A stretch of DNA of 64,000 bases from the human T2T-CHM13v2.0 reference genome, Homo sapiens: the NCBI RefSeq assembly GCF_009914755.1, contig NC_060931.1; one strand, given 5' to 3'. The position numbers were made by a program, and so were the translations under genes. The notes beneath the pieces are model-generated. The model saw only the letters and a program-made list of their open reading frames with translations. It did not search any database and had not been told where the DNA came from. Below are positions 29,566-41,893 of this stretch, one piece after another. Each line of letters starts with the position of its first letter. The first letter of the stretch is position 1.

Positions 29566-30535
29566 CTGCTTTAATCAAAGTGGGATGGTAATTATAATGG
29601 GCACTGTGTATCTCTGGTGGCAGTTTTACAGCATTTAGCCTTTGCAGAAGTAGCTTTTAAACATTTTAGCTATTTATTTTTTCTGTTTGCAACATCTGTA
29701 CAAATGATAGTAATATGATGTTTCTTTCATGCTAATACAAAAAAGAAAATGTCTGCTACATAGTGCCTTCTGAGCTCTTTGTAAATTTTAGTAGGAATAA
29801 TGTAGGCACTGCTGCCTCCTGAGAAATCTTACCATATTCCTCAGAAGCCTATGATTACTTTTTTAAAATTCCGTTAGCATACATCACCATTACCAAACAG
29901 TTAAATTTGTTATTAATTTGTGAATTAAACTTGTGAGTTTGTTGCCTTGACAGAATTTGGTTGTTGATTTTCTCTTCACTGAAATGTTGGTTATAATATC
30001 AGCCTTCATAGCCAATCAACAATTATCTACTTTCTCTTGTTTGGCTATAGTTAACTACCCTGTTTTGAGAAAATTAAATAATCCTTAGTTCTCACCATTA
30101 TTCAGGAAACCATGTGCTATACAATATTAAAACAGTATTTAAAATGTTAGTATAATTTTTCTGTTGAACATCAGTTACACATCAAGAACTATATAACACA
30201 TGTATTTTATTTCTTTACTCCTAATTTATAATATATTCTTCCAAATCATGAAATTCACCAGGCTAAGGATTTTGTATTATGATATTCAGCAGTAGAATTC
30301 AAAAGACACTTGTTTTATCCTTAAGCTTTATATGATGTAATGTTTTCCTTTTCATTTAGAAAACAATTAAATGACAGTATTTCTTTTAGGATTCATCTTC
30401 ATTTTTATTAATTAGAAGACAATAGAGTAGAAAATATTAACAAAGAGTTCCAAGTAGCTGATTAGAAGACTAAATCTCTTTTCTATAAATAAATTACTAG
30501 AAAAAAATTAAAATTAAACAAAAATAAATCACCTA

Positions 30536-30855
30536 GGCTGGGCATAGTTGGCTCATGCCTGCAATCCCAGCACTTTGGGAGGCTAATATGAGAGGATTGC
30601 TTGAGCCCAGGAGGTCGAAACCAGCTTGGGCAACATAGGGAGACTCTGACTCTACAAAAAGTGAAAAAATTACTCAGGTGTGTGGCTCACACCCGGAGTC
30701 CCAGCTACTTGTGGGGGCTGAGGTGGGAGAATAGCTTGAGCCTGGGAATTGGAGACTGTAATGAGCTACAATCGCACCACTGCACTCTAACCTTGGTGAC
30801 TGAGCAAGACCCTATCTAAAAAGAAGAGCAAAACAAAACAAAACACATAAAAAAA
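30536..30855 (+). mobile_element. AluJ
   Basis: gaggattgcttgagcccaggag, ggcaacatagggagac. Confidence 0.93.
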
Positions 30856-31426
30856 CTAATAAATCTTCTACTAATTATTCACTTTATCTAATATAATTCC
30901 TTACAGAAGATAGGTCAAATGGTCTGGGAATGTCTGAGTGATGTTCTTTTGCCTGCCACAGCATACCTCAACAAATTTGTAATCCAATTTAAAAGGCTAG
31001 AAGAAATTAGAAAAGGGAATGTTTCTATACATGAATGGCACACGGATCCTTTCACTCAGGCAGAGTTATCTGACTGCCTAAGCTTCAACTGGGTGCTGCT
31101 CCTGTATATACCCTGTCTCTCAGCACATTGTTAAAAAAAAAAAGCCCATCCCTTACATATTCCTAACCATATTGCATATTCCATAAGAGCAGAGTTGTGA
31201 TTTTAACCCAGAACCAGGACAGTGTGTGACATATAGTTGCAACAAATAATGTGTGTGAATGTGTGTATATAAGAGAACTCTAGTTAGCCTCTCTAGTTCA
31301 GTTTCTGTCTCCTTCAAATTATCTTATTTTCTTTTTATGGCTTTAGGTTTCTAAAATAAGAGTTTTCTATATATCATTAAGTGAACATTTGGTTCTGATT
31401 ATTATGATCACTGTGCACCATAATCT

Positions 31427-32040
31427 ATGCTATGGAAAAAAAGGAATGCTTATACGTTGTTGGTGGAAGTGTAAATTAGTTCAACCATTATAGAAAACTG
31501 TGGCTATTCTGTAAAGACCTAAAAACAGAACTACCATTCAACACAGCAATCCTGTTACTGGGTGTATACCCAAAGGAATATAAATTGTTCTGTCGTAAAG
31601 ACACATGCTCACATATGTTCCTTGTAGCACTATTCACAATAGCAAAACATGGAGTCAACCTAAACGCTCATCAACAGTAGACCATGGAATACTATGCAGT
31701 CATAAAAAGAAATGAGGTGATATACTTTGCAGGAACAGGGATGGAACTGGAGGCCATTATCCTTAGCAAACTAATGCAGGAACAGAAAAGCAAATACTGC
31801 ATACTTACACTTACGAATGGGAGCTAAATGATGAGAACACATAGACGCATAAAGGGGAACAACAGATACTGCGGCCTACCAAAGGGTTGAGGGTGGGAGG
31901 AGGGGGAGGATTAGAAAAAATAACTAAAGTGTACTAGGCTCAATACCTGCATGACAAAATAGTCTGTATAAGAAGTCCCTGTGGCATGAAATTACCTGCA
32001 CTGTACCCCTGAACTTAAAGTTTAAAAAATAAATAATAAA
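31427..32040 (+). mobile_element. Older L1PA 3' end (5'-truncated)
   Basis: gtaaattagttcaaccatt...ggaatactatgcag...gagggtgggaggagg...ccctgaacttaaag plus A-tail. Confidence 0.9.
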
Positions 32041-32409
32041 ATTAGTTTTTTGGGTTTTTTTGGTATGTGACTTTCTTCAAGAAATACAGGCACAGAGTTA
32101 AAAAATCAAATGGAATATAGGGATTATTAAAATGAAAAATAGCAGCCCTGTGGCTTGTATTTTCTCACTACCTACTTCAGCTACACAGTGGCAATGTGCT
32201 TCTGGTATTTACTTCTATTACCTAAATAATATGCTTATTGCTATTTCTTCATTTATCAGTTTCAACAGGAGTTTTGAGTAAAGAAAATGGAGAAGTTTGT
32301 GGGAGAGAAAGGTATGTAAATAAGAACATGACATGAGATTTAAGCTAATATATTTTACAGTAGAGGTGCCCATAGGGTGCTTTGAGAGCATAAAGAACAT
32401 AGACATGTT

Positions 32410-33250
32410 AGGTCTTCCAAATTGTTTTGAAGAATAACTTTATAATTTATGCTTTTGTTAGCAGTAAACAAGAGTTCTCATCTTTCTATATTCTTATCAA
32501 CACTGCGCAGAATTCATTCAAATTCATGCTCTTCTGATGACATAAAGTGGTATCTCATTGGTTTTTTAATTTGCATCTTCCTGATTGCTAGTGATTTTAT
32601 GAGTTTTAAACAGTATGGGCTTCTGCTTCTGAACATTTCCTTTTCAAGGTTCTTTGCTCATTTTTCTATTGGTTTCCTCTGAATATATAAGTATATGTTA
32701 ACCAGTATTAATTCCTCATTGGTTTTAGGTGTTCTCTCAGTTTACCTATGAAATTATCTATGGTATCCTTAACTGAAAATTTTCATTTTTTTAGCAAAAT
32801 CAATTAATTTTATGTCTTATCATTTATGCTTTTTAGGCCATGTTTCAGAAAGTTGTTACATGTGTGTCTCAAAAATATTTGCCTAATTTTTTTTCTTAAT
32901 AACTTCTTTAATCTCTCAGAAATTCAAATTTCTATATGGTGTGATAAGGTGCCCACTTTACTTTCTGCCCGATTCTTAGATCAGTTTTTGCTCTATACAG
33001 TAAGCCAACACCAGTATTTTCTTTTACTTTGTGATGTTATTATATATAACACTCTCATGTATGTATGAGCTGTTATATATATGTATATATGAACTCTATG
33101 TGCCTGCAGCTGTACTGGGCTTTTTAGTACATGTTAATATTTTATAGAGTAGGTTTTCTCTCTTTGCCCTTCATTTTTGAACTTTACTTTGATATTAATA
33201 GACCTTTTATAGCATATGCTTTTAAATGGGTTTAAAAATGAGTTTGTGGA
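32410..33250 (-). mobile_element. Very old L1M(E)-type fragments
   Basis: aagtggtatctcattggttttttaatttgcatcttcctgattgctagtga; tttgctcatttttctattgg. Confidence 0.55.
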
Positions 33251-34001
33251 TTTTCTTTTAAAAATCTAGAATTTATAGACTGATTTAGAAAAAGTTGGAG
33301 AAGTTTCCCTATGAATATTGGCAAGGGAAAATAAGTCAATATAAAATTATGAAATAATTTAGACTTATACTAAAGAAATCCACTTCTTTTGGTGGCATAT
33401 ATTAGGCAGAGTATAATTGTGGAAGAAAAATTAACATAAGGAAAGCCAAGAGTGGGGCCTGCTAATGTAGAAAATTTTATTGTTAAGAGAAATGTGGACA
33501 ACAGAACCAATAGAGAAAGAATAAAAGGAATATGAAGAACAGGAATTCCAATTACCTTAATGTTTATGACTTTGAGTTACCTTAATACTTACAATTCACT
33601 AAACAGTGGTTTCGGATTATGCTCTGTAGAATACCTAATGCTTTGTGAACACCAAAAGTACCCAAGGAAAGGAGTAATGGTGGCACTGAGTATTTGGAGG
33701 TGGGATTCAACCAGAATACGTGATTGTTAATTGGCCCTGGACTAAGGTTTTATTGCAAGAAAGGGTTCTTTAGCTTAAAAGTGTTTAGAAATGATTTCAA
33801 TACAATTAGTGAAATGTCTAAATGTTCAACAAAGATGGCAAGTGATGCCAGTCATCCTTTTCAATGCCTATGGCAGACATTGCTAATTGAACACAGAACT
33901 TCCTGTGGCAGATTCAGATTTACTCTCCATACAGCTCTCCATTTAGTCACTACCGATCAATCAGAGTGTTATGTGAGTCAAAACCCATTTACTATCTATA
34001 A

Positions 34002-34212
34002 CAGGGGTATCCAATCTTTTGGCTTCCCTGGGCCACATTGGAAGAAGAAGAATTGTCTTGGGCCACACATAAAATACACTAACACTAACGATAGCTGATG
34101 AACTAAAAAAGAAAAAAAAAACTGCAAAAAGTCTCATAATGTTTTAAGAAACTTTACAAATTTGTGTTGGGCTGCATTCAAAGCCGTCCTGGCCACGAGT
34201 TGGACAAGACTG
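34002..34212 (+). mobile_element. MER30 (hAT-Charlie)
   Basis: CAGGGGTATCCAATCTTTTGGCTTCCCTGGGCCAC...GAGTTGGACAAGACTG. Confidence 0.92.
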
Positions 34213-34873
34213 AGCTATATAGTACTAAGTTCTATAATTTTAGTGGACCTTCAATACATTTAACATATTTTAGTCTAAGAAAGGTGTGAGCTAAATCTCT
34301 CAGATTAAAGAAGGAAGAAACTAGAAAACGAGAGTAGTTGAATCGGAAATGGATCTGGGAAATACAAACTTAAATAAGCATTTAAATAATGATCCTTACA
34401 TTGTGATTATGAGGAGTAAATGCTTACTACCAATTTGTTAATTGTGGAAAATCCTACAAAGCTCATTAAGTATGTGTTGAAGAGGCAATTGAAATCAGTT
34501 ATGTTTTCAGTTAAGAAATTGGAGACGCAAATAATTTTTTCTGTAAATTATAAAAGTTAATCACTGAAAAGTTTAAACTTGCCAAATCAATGAGAGTGGG
34601 AAACAAAATCTCCATCTCTTGGAAGTGCATCTTATGCTGTCTCCGTGGCCTTTGCTTTATACCAAACAATGTCTTGAAAGTTCTCTAAATTAAAATGTAG
34701 AAAAAGCATTTTTATGTGTATTTGAATATTCACAAAGTAATGCATGTTAACATTAACAATTTTTATTTTAAAGGATGAATATGTTTTATGTTCTGTGAAG
34801 TCACTGCACTAATTGTGATGTAAATTTAAATTTAATTTTCTAAGCAGTGACAATTATTTGTCTCTATTAACAG

Positions 34874-34964
34874 GTCTACTCTAATGTGATGCTGGGATTG
34901 AATTTTCCTAGGACTCCGTTTCAAGGTTAATTCGAAAGTCTTGTGGAAGATCTGGAAGAAACAG
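34874..34964 (+). other. Candidate small internal exon (alternative acceptors give 91 nt from 34874 or 53 nt from 34912)
   Basis: Acceptors tctctattaacag|GT and aattttcctag|GA (branch-like CTCTAAT 34879-85); GAAGA-rich ESE; consensus donor CAG|GTAAGT at 34964/5; unique-sequence flanks. Confidence 0.6.
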
Positions 34965-36799
34965 GTAAGTGTCCTTTTGGTAAAAATTCTCCTTTGGTCA
35001 TTGTGCTTATTTTTATTTTTCTAATGCTGATTTTACTCTTTAGTTTTTTTGGTTAAATATGTTTGCCCAAATGTTAAGAAGTTGTTTTCAGCGGACAATT
35101 GAGACATGTTAAGTGTGGCAGTAGAAATATTAATCACTGCTATTGGGATTCCCATTTCACTGCTTGCTGCTCTCTTTCTATTAAACTTGGTATCACTTTT
35201 TAAAACCAGTATACACTTATGGGGAATATGAATTTGGTTTGAAATATTAAAAGTAAATTATTAGGCAAGGAAAGCACTTGGAGAATCTTGTTACCATTGT
35301 ACTTGCCTTTTATTATGCTGGTCTTTTCAGTATTATTTTTTAAAAGTTCATTTGGTATTGAAGTTTTGGGGGGATCTGAAATATTGAGGAAATAATGAGA
35401 ATAATATACCAGTAATGAATTTTTTTCTAGAAAATTTGATTTTTCTAATACAATTTTTGAGATCCAGTCAGCTATTTTGAAAGATTTGTTTTCTTTTTTA
35501 ATGTTGAGTATCTTTAAATCTCATGATAGTTTTCTTTGATATGTACAATGTTAACATATAAACTTTCTCAATATATAATATTTATGTAAAATTGGATTTT
35601 CAGTTTCACTGTTGAACTGTAATATCAATCAAACGGTTTGTCATGAGTATCCAAATTTAGAATAATATAATTTTAAAGGAAACCTAAAAGCAATTTTAGG
35701 CAGAGTTTGTATTTCAAAGCTTCCTAGTAGTTTATATCATTTCTTTCCCCAATCTTTACCTCAAGAGAGAGGGAAACCAAAATGCCCGGGCTTCTTCAGA
35801 ATTCTTCATTAAGAGTTTCACCATGAGCATAGTATAGGCCTCAGGATCTTCACTTTCTACCTAAATTTCTCTAGCAATTTCTACAACTCTCTCAAGATAC
35901 ACTTCGTAATTTCTCTGAGAGATTTTTGTCAATGTTCTTTAATTATACAGTTAAATATTTCCCAGGTATTTTACCTTCTGTTTGGCCTATGGATTGTTTT
36001 TTGGTTCATTTCTTACCAGTTTTAGTATTTTACCAGATAGACATTAAAATGATCCCACATTTATCTAACATTTAAGATTTTCAAAGCCCTTTGGCAACCT
36101 TTTACTTCATTTTACTCTTAATTTATGATGTAAGTAAGGTTGACATTATTATTCTTTGATAAGTGGAGAAACAAAGACAAGTAATTAAAATGATCTGGAA
36201 AAAGTTATGTAGCTTGTTGTGATTTTATAGCTAGTAATAAACAATTAGAGATAGAACACATGTCTGCTAACACTCAGTCTTTTTTGTGGTGAGTGGGGAC
36301 ATTATTTGTATGTTTGCCATAGATAATGGTTATACCAATATACTCTATCTTTATATAGCCTTTTGATATATAAGTTATTACTTTTGAGTAACAGGATGTT
36401 TATTTGTATCATAGCAGATGGAGTTTAGATTTATAATAAGCAGGAATGATCTAACAATGAACCAGGAAAGAATGAATCATGGAATCATGAAAGAAACTAT
36501 TTTTTAAAAGTAGAGAATTCCTAGAAGAGAATATAATTGCACTTGAAGTTAGTCCTCAAACTGATTTTGGAATGTGCTACTTAGACTTTTGGTAGTTATG
36601 TGCTTATAGTGGCAGTTTTTAAATATTTTTAAACAAACACTAACCACATATTGGTGTAAATAATGAATATGCATAATGCCAAAGGTTCATCCTAATGGGA
36701 AAGTGAATTCTGAAAAAGCATTATTTTTTCTTGTAAATGTATAGAATTTTGAACCCTTGAGCTGGAAGTATGATTATAAGGGAGGAAGAAAATGTTGGA

Positions 36800-36980
36800 G
36801 AAGCAAAGATTTTGGGGTCAGGTTGATAGGAGTTTGCATCCTTGTTGCTATTTTTTGGCTTTTTAAATTAACCTCTGTTAATTTTTGCTTCTCAGCTCTC
36901 AAAGAGTAAAATAGGGGACTGATAGATCTGTTTATTGTATTCTTGTGAAAATTTAGCACTTGGTACATAGCTATTTTCAA
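36800..36980 (+). mobile_element. MIR
   Basis: ttttggggtcag...tttgcatccttg...attaacctctg...atttagcacttggtacatag. Confidence 0.6.
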
Positions 36981-37554
36981 AAAATACTGGATTTTTTCTT
37001 CTCTGCTCCCTTCCCCCTAGAAAATCCACTAAATGGAACTTGGTTCAAACCTCCTATTTTCAAACAATTTTTTTTTTAGTTTTATCTCCATTTCACCTCT
37101 CAAAGAAGTTAAATAACCTGCCCTACATAATACTTATAACATGGGAACTAAAATGTTTCATACAACTTATAACTGAGATTATTTGTATATGTGGGTAAAT
37201 GCATAGTTAGGCATGTGGGTGGATGTGTTTTACTTCAAGATATTCAGTTATTTTCAGAGTTTCCACTGCAAGACTATTAAGCTCAAATGAAATATCAGTT
37301 TTAGTTAATTCAGTAGAAATAATTTTCATTCATATATTTATAGAAAATTGCTATAAATTTCATAAATACTTATTAAAGATTAGGTATCATATGAAAAATA
37401 TTTGCTCTATTTTTGAAATTATTAAAAAGTAAATGGACTATGTAGGAAGCTGGTTTGGCAGACAGGGTGTTGGGTCAGCAGTTCAGACAGATAGTGTACT
37501 GACATTCATTGTCAAAAGGAAACAGAGTGAGCAAGACTGCAAATAGAGGGTTTA

Positions 37555-37790
37555 GAGTGGAGCTATTGAGAATGCAAGGTTGGAAATCAGATTGCCTGGG
37601 TTTGAATGATAGTTCCAATACAAACCTACCTTATATGAAACCTTGAACAAATCACCAAGGCTCTTTTACGCTTAATTTGTCAATCTAGAGAATAGAGATA
37701 ACAGTTCGTATTTAATACAGTTGAATTGAGGATTAATTGTGTGAACACATAAAAAGGGCATAATGAACATTTAAAAAGTCAGTATTATTT
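37555..37790 (+). mobile_element. MIR
   Basis: tggaaatcagattgcctgggtttgaat...ccttgaacaaatcac. Confidence 0.7.
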
Positions 37791-37919
37791 TATTTTCCAT
37801 TATATTCATTTCAATCGTTGACTGTATTATTCAGGCCACATGGAAAATACCCTGTATAGGATAATCTAATTTATGTCTAATCATGGGTCTTACAAGAAAT
37901 GCTAAATATGAGTTAATTC

Positions 37920-38281
37920 TGTATCTTAGTTATTTTATGCTGTTATAACAAAGTACCATAGACTGAATGGATTATAAACAGAAATTTAATTTCTCACAGT
38001 AATGGGTGCTGGAAGATTAAGTTCAGGGTGTCAACCTCTGGTGAGGGCCTTCTTTCAGGTTATAGACTGCCATCTTCTTTCTCGTGTCCTCACATGGCAG
38101 AAAGGGGATGAGAGAACTCTCTGGGGTTCCTTTTATAAAAAGGGCACTAATCACATTCATGAGGGCTCCATCTTCATGGCCTAACTACCTACCAAAGGTT
38201 CTACCTCCTAGTACCATCACATTGCGGGGTAGGATTTTAACATAGGAATTTGGGGACAACACAAATATTCAGTGTATTGCA
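37920..38281 (-). mobile_element. MLT1A-type LTR
   Basis: gttataacaaagtaccatagactg...gggcactaatcacattcatgagggctcc...aaatattcagtgtattgca. Confidence 0.85.
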
Positions 38282-38313
38282 TTATGTACCTGTGCTCTCT
38301 GTGTTTGGTTAGA

Positions 38314-39192
38314 ATGTGTATTAGTTTTCTATTACCATATGATGAATTTTCATATATGTAGAAGCTTAAAACAACATACATGTATCATCTCACAATTTCT
38401 GTGGGTAAGGAGTCCAGGCACAGTTTAGCTTAGGGTCTTAAAAGGCTGCAATCAAAATGTCAGCCAGGTTGCATTTTCATTTAGAGCTCAGGGTCCTCTT
38501 CCAAACTCACGGGTTTTTGGCTGAATTCAGTCCACTGCAGTTTTAGGACTGAGATCCTTAGCCTCTAAATTCCACCTACAGTTCCTCCCATGTGGCACTC
38601 TCCATACACAGTTTACAAATAGCAGTCTTGCTACTTTAAAGCCAGCAGGAGAGCTAGCAAAATGGAATCTATATATAATACATATATAATGTTTTATATA
38701 TATATAACATTTTATATATAATATATAGATAATATATAGAATATATATTATAGATAATATATAGAATATATATTATAGATAATATATAGAATATATATTA
38801 TAGATAATATATAGAATATATATTATAGATAATATATAGAATATATATTATAGATAATATATAGAATATATATTATAGATAATATATAGAATATATATTA
38901 TAGATAATATATAGAATATATATTATAGATAATATATAGAATATATATTATAGATAATATATAGATATAACATTAAAACACATACACATATATGTGTGTA
39001 TATATGGATGTGTGTGCATATATGTATGTGTATAATGTATGTATGTATTTTAAAATAATCATCAGAGTGACAATACACAACCTTTGCCATGTTCTGTTGG
39101 CTGGAATCAAGTCACAGGTCCTGCCCACACTCAAGGGGAAGGAATTTTACAGGGCATGAACTTGGGGGCCACTCTAGAGACTGTCTGCCAAA
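38314..39192 (-). mobile_element. MLT1-type LTR interrupted by an AT-rich minisatellite
   Basis: gtattagttttctatt...gcttaaaacaac...ggtcctcttccaaactc...caagtcacaggtcctgcccacactcaagggga...ctgtctgcca. Confidence 0.8.
38725..38965. repeat. 25-bp minisatellite ATAGATAATATATAGAATATATATT x9.6
   Basis: Perfect period-25 copies counted by eye. Confidence 0.95.
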
Positions 39193-40030
39193 GCATGTTA
39201 AACTTAAAATTCATGAAATATGTTACTTTAACGTTTTATAATTATGTTATAGTTAATAATAAGAATATTGTTGAAACATGTAAAATTTTATTTTCATAGA
39301 GTTTTCTTACAGTACAGTTCCCAGCAGACTATTCCTCTTTGCCTAAAATTCATCCATTGCTTCAAGCTGGCTAAAACCACCAGACTAATTACAGCCTAGT
39401 GTGGTATTTAGTACACTCCAGAATGTGGCAAAACCCAAATATCTTACCTTTTCTCTTTACTCTGATATGTATACCTTTAACTACATGTTTTACGCTTTCT
39501 TGCCTACATCTTTGTCAATGTACATCTTTCTCATTGTTTCTGTCCCATTCTTTATCTTTTTAAAGCACATTTAAATTTCTACCTTTTCCACTATATTTTT
39601 CTTATTTCTTACCTCCTTTTTAGCTAGCCTAGGACTTTTTCTGCATAGTATCTTACCCTATCATAGTCAATCGGATGTTGCAAACATGTGATCATTAATC
39701 TCATTCCCCTGCTATCCATAGAGATCACAGAATGTTGCTCATTTGTGTGTTTCTTACAATGTTGCATATAATAGTATCTTTAGAAATATTCACTGAATAT
39801 GTAAAACACCTTCTTGATTTAGAACAGTGGTCTAACAGCCAGTATTCATTTTGACAGTCATATTTCAGAAGATGTTCTTTATAAGTTATTCATTCGTATA
39901 TTGGCTCAGTAATTTGAAATATATACCTCGAATAACCCTTAAGTTACTTGTGAGAATCCATTACAACTTACACCTTTGAAACCAATTACATATGGGAAAA
40001 ACACGAATCACTGGAGTCCAGAGGGATAGC

Positions 40031-40912
40031 TGTGGTAGGCAGCCTCTAAGATGGTCCCCATTTTCTGGTTTTCACTCCATTATATTTTTTCCCCCATATT
40101 TACCAGGGTTGGCCTATGTCATCAATAGAATACGGCACAAGTTCTGTTTGCTGGTATGTTGCTTTTCTGATTAGGTTATGCATGATATTAAGACATATGT
40201 TTTGAGTTTCCTTTCTTTCTCCCTCTCTCTTGCCTCTATCTCTCTCTGTTTCTGTCTCTTATCTTTGTCTCTGTTTCTGTCTCTCCCATTCTTTCAAATG
40301 ACTTGCTCTGGGGGAGGCTGGCTGCCATGGAGAGGTATTCATAGTGAGGAACTAAGCCCTTTAGCAAACAGCCAGGAAGGAGCCCACAAACAATGTGCAA
40401 CTTCCTGAAAGACTCTGAGTCTAAGCCACCCAGCTAAACCACCCCTTGATTCCTGAGCCTCAGTAACTATTTGAGATATGATATAATTTGGCTGTGTCAG
40501 CACCCAGATCTCATCTTGAATTGCAGTTTTCATAATCCCCACTTGTTGTGGGAGGGACCAGGTGGAGATAAGTGAATCATGGGGCAGTTCCCCCATCCTG
40601 TTCTTGTGATAGTGAGTTCTCAGGAGATCTGGTGGCTGTATGGGGGGCTTCCCCCTTCACTAGGCACTCATTCTCTCTCCTACCACCCTGTCTTCAGAAG
40701 AAGTGCCTTCTGCCACTATTGTAAGTTTCCTGAGGCCTCCCCAGCCATGTGGAACTGTGAGTCAATTAAACCTGTTTACTTTATAAATTACCCAGTTTGA
40801 GGTATTTCTTCATAGGAGCGTGAGAACAGACTCATACAAGATAATAAATGGTTTTGTTCTAAACTGCTAAGTTTGGGTGGTAATTTTTATGCACTCATAG
40901 ATAATTAATACA
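40031..40912 (+). mobile_element. MLT1F-type LTR split by THE1
   Basis: TGTGGTAGGCAGCCTCTAAGATGG start; ...taagtttggg...agataattaataca end. Confidence 0.8.
40479..40838 (+). mobile_element. THE1 (C/D-like) solo LTR
   Basis: TGATATAATTTGGCTGTG...GACTCATACA; perfect 5-bp TSD AGATA at 40474-78 and 40839-43. Confidence 0.93.
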
Positions 40913-41513
40913 TTATATAATATTTCAGCCCTAAAATTATATGCACAAATTTCAGCACTGCCCTTGACTTTGAGGGGAATATAAAGATTAACAGTCTATG
41001 AAATATGATGTCTCTCAGGCATATGTAATAGAAGAGATAGGTATGTATATTTACAAGATAGCCAAATGGAAAGAAAATGTGAAATGTTTAGATTCACCTG
41101 GAATACTGATTTTGCAACATGCAGAAGCTGCTTTTAATATCTTGCCCATTGATCATATCAATGTTGGAGAGTTGTGCTTACTCATGACTGCGTACGTCTG
41201 CATGCTGGTCTGATACTCATTCTTTGTAGAAGAGCTGCTTGGAATAAATACCCATATGCTAACAGGATCTGGGCTTGCAGTATCTCTTCTACTAATCTAT
41301 CCTGATAGTTTTCTGCTATCTTTTAATGCCCTTTATGGAGGTGTAAATACTAGAGTCACACGGAAGTATCTAGATATGTGTACACATATTTGGAGTGCTG
41401 TACTTTGAAGCATTGAGCTCACTAGAAAAATAATACGTTTGGTTTCCAGAAAAGTGAATTGAAAAGTATGTATCAGCAAGTAATAGAACAACATTTAAAA
41501 AAAATAAATTCTC

Positions 41514-41893
<380 letters not shown>

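Noticed and set aside
38725-38965. Regular 25-bp repeats as a CRISPR-like array
   Set aside because: Head-to-tail units with no spacers, in eukaryotic DNA; an ordinary minisatellite
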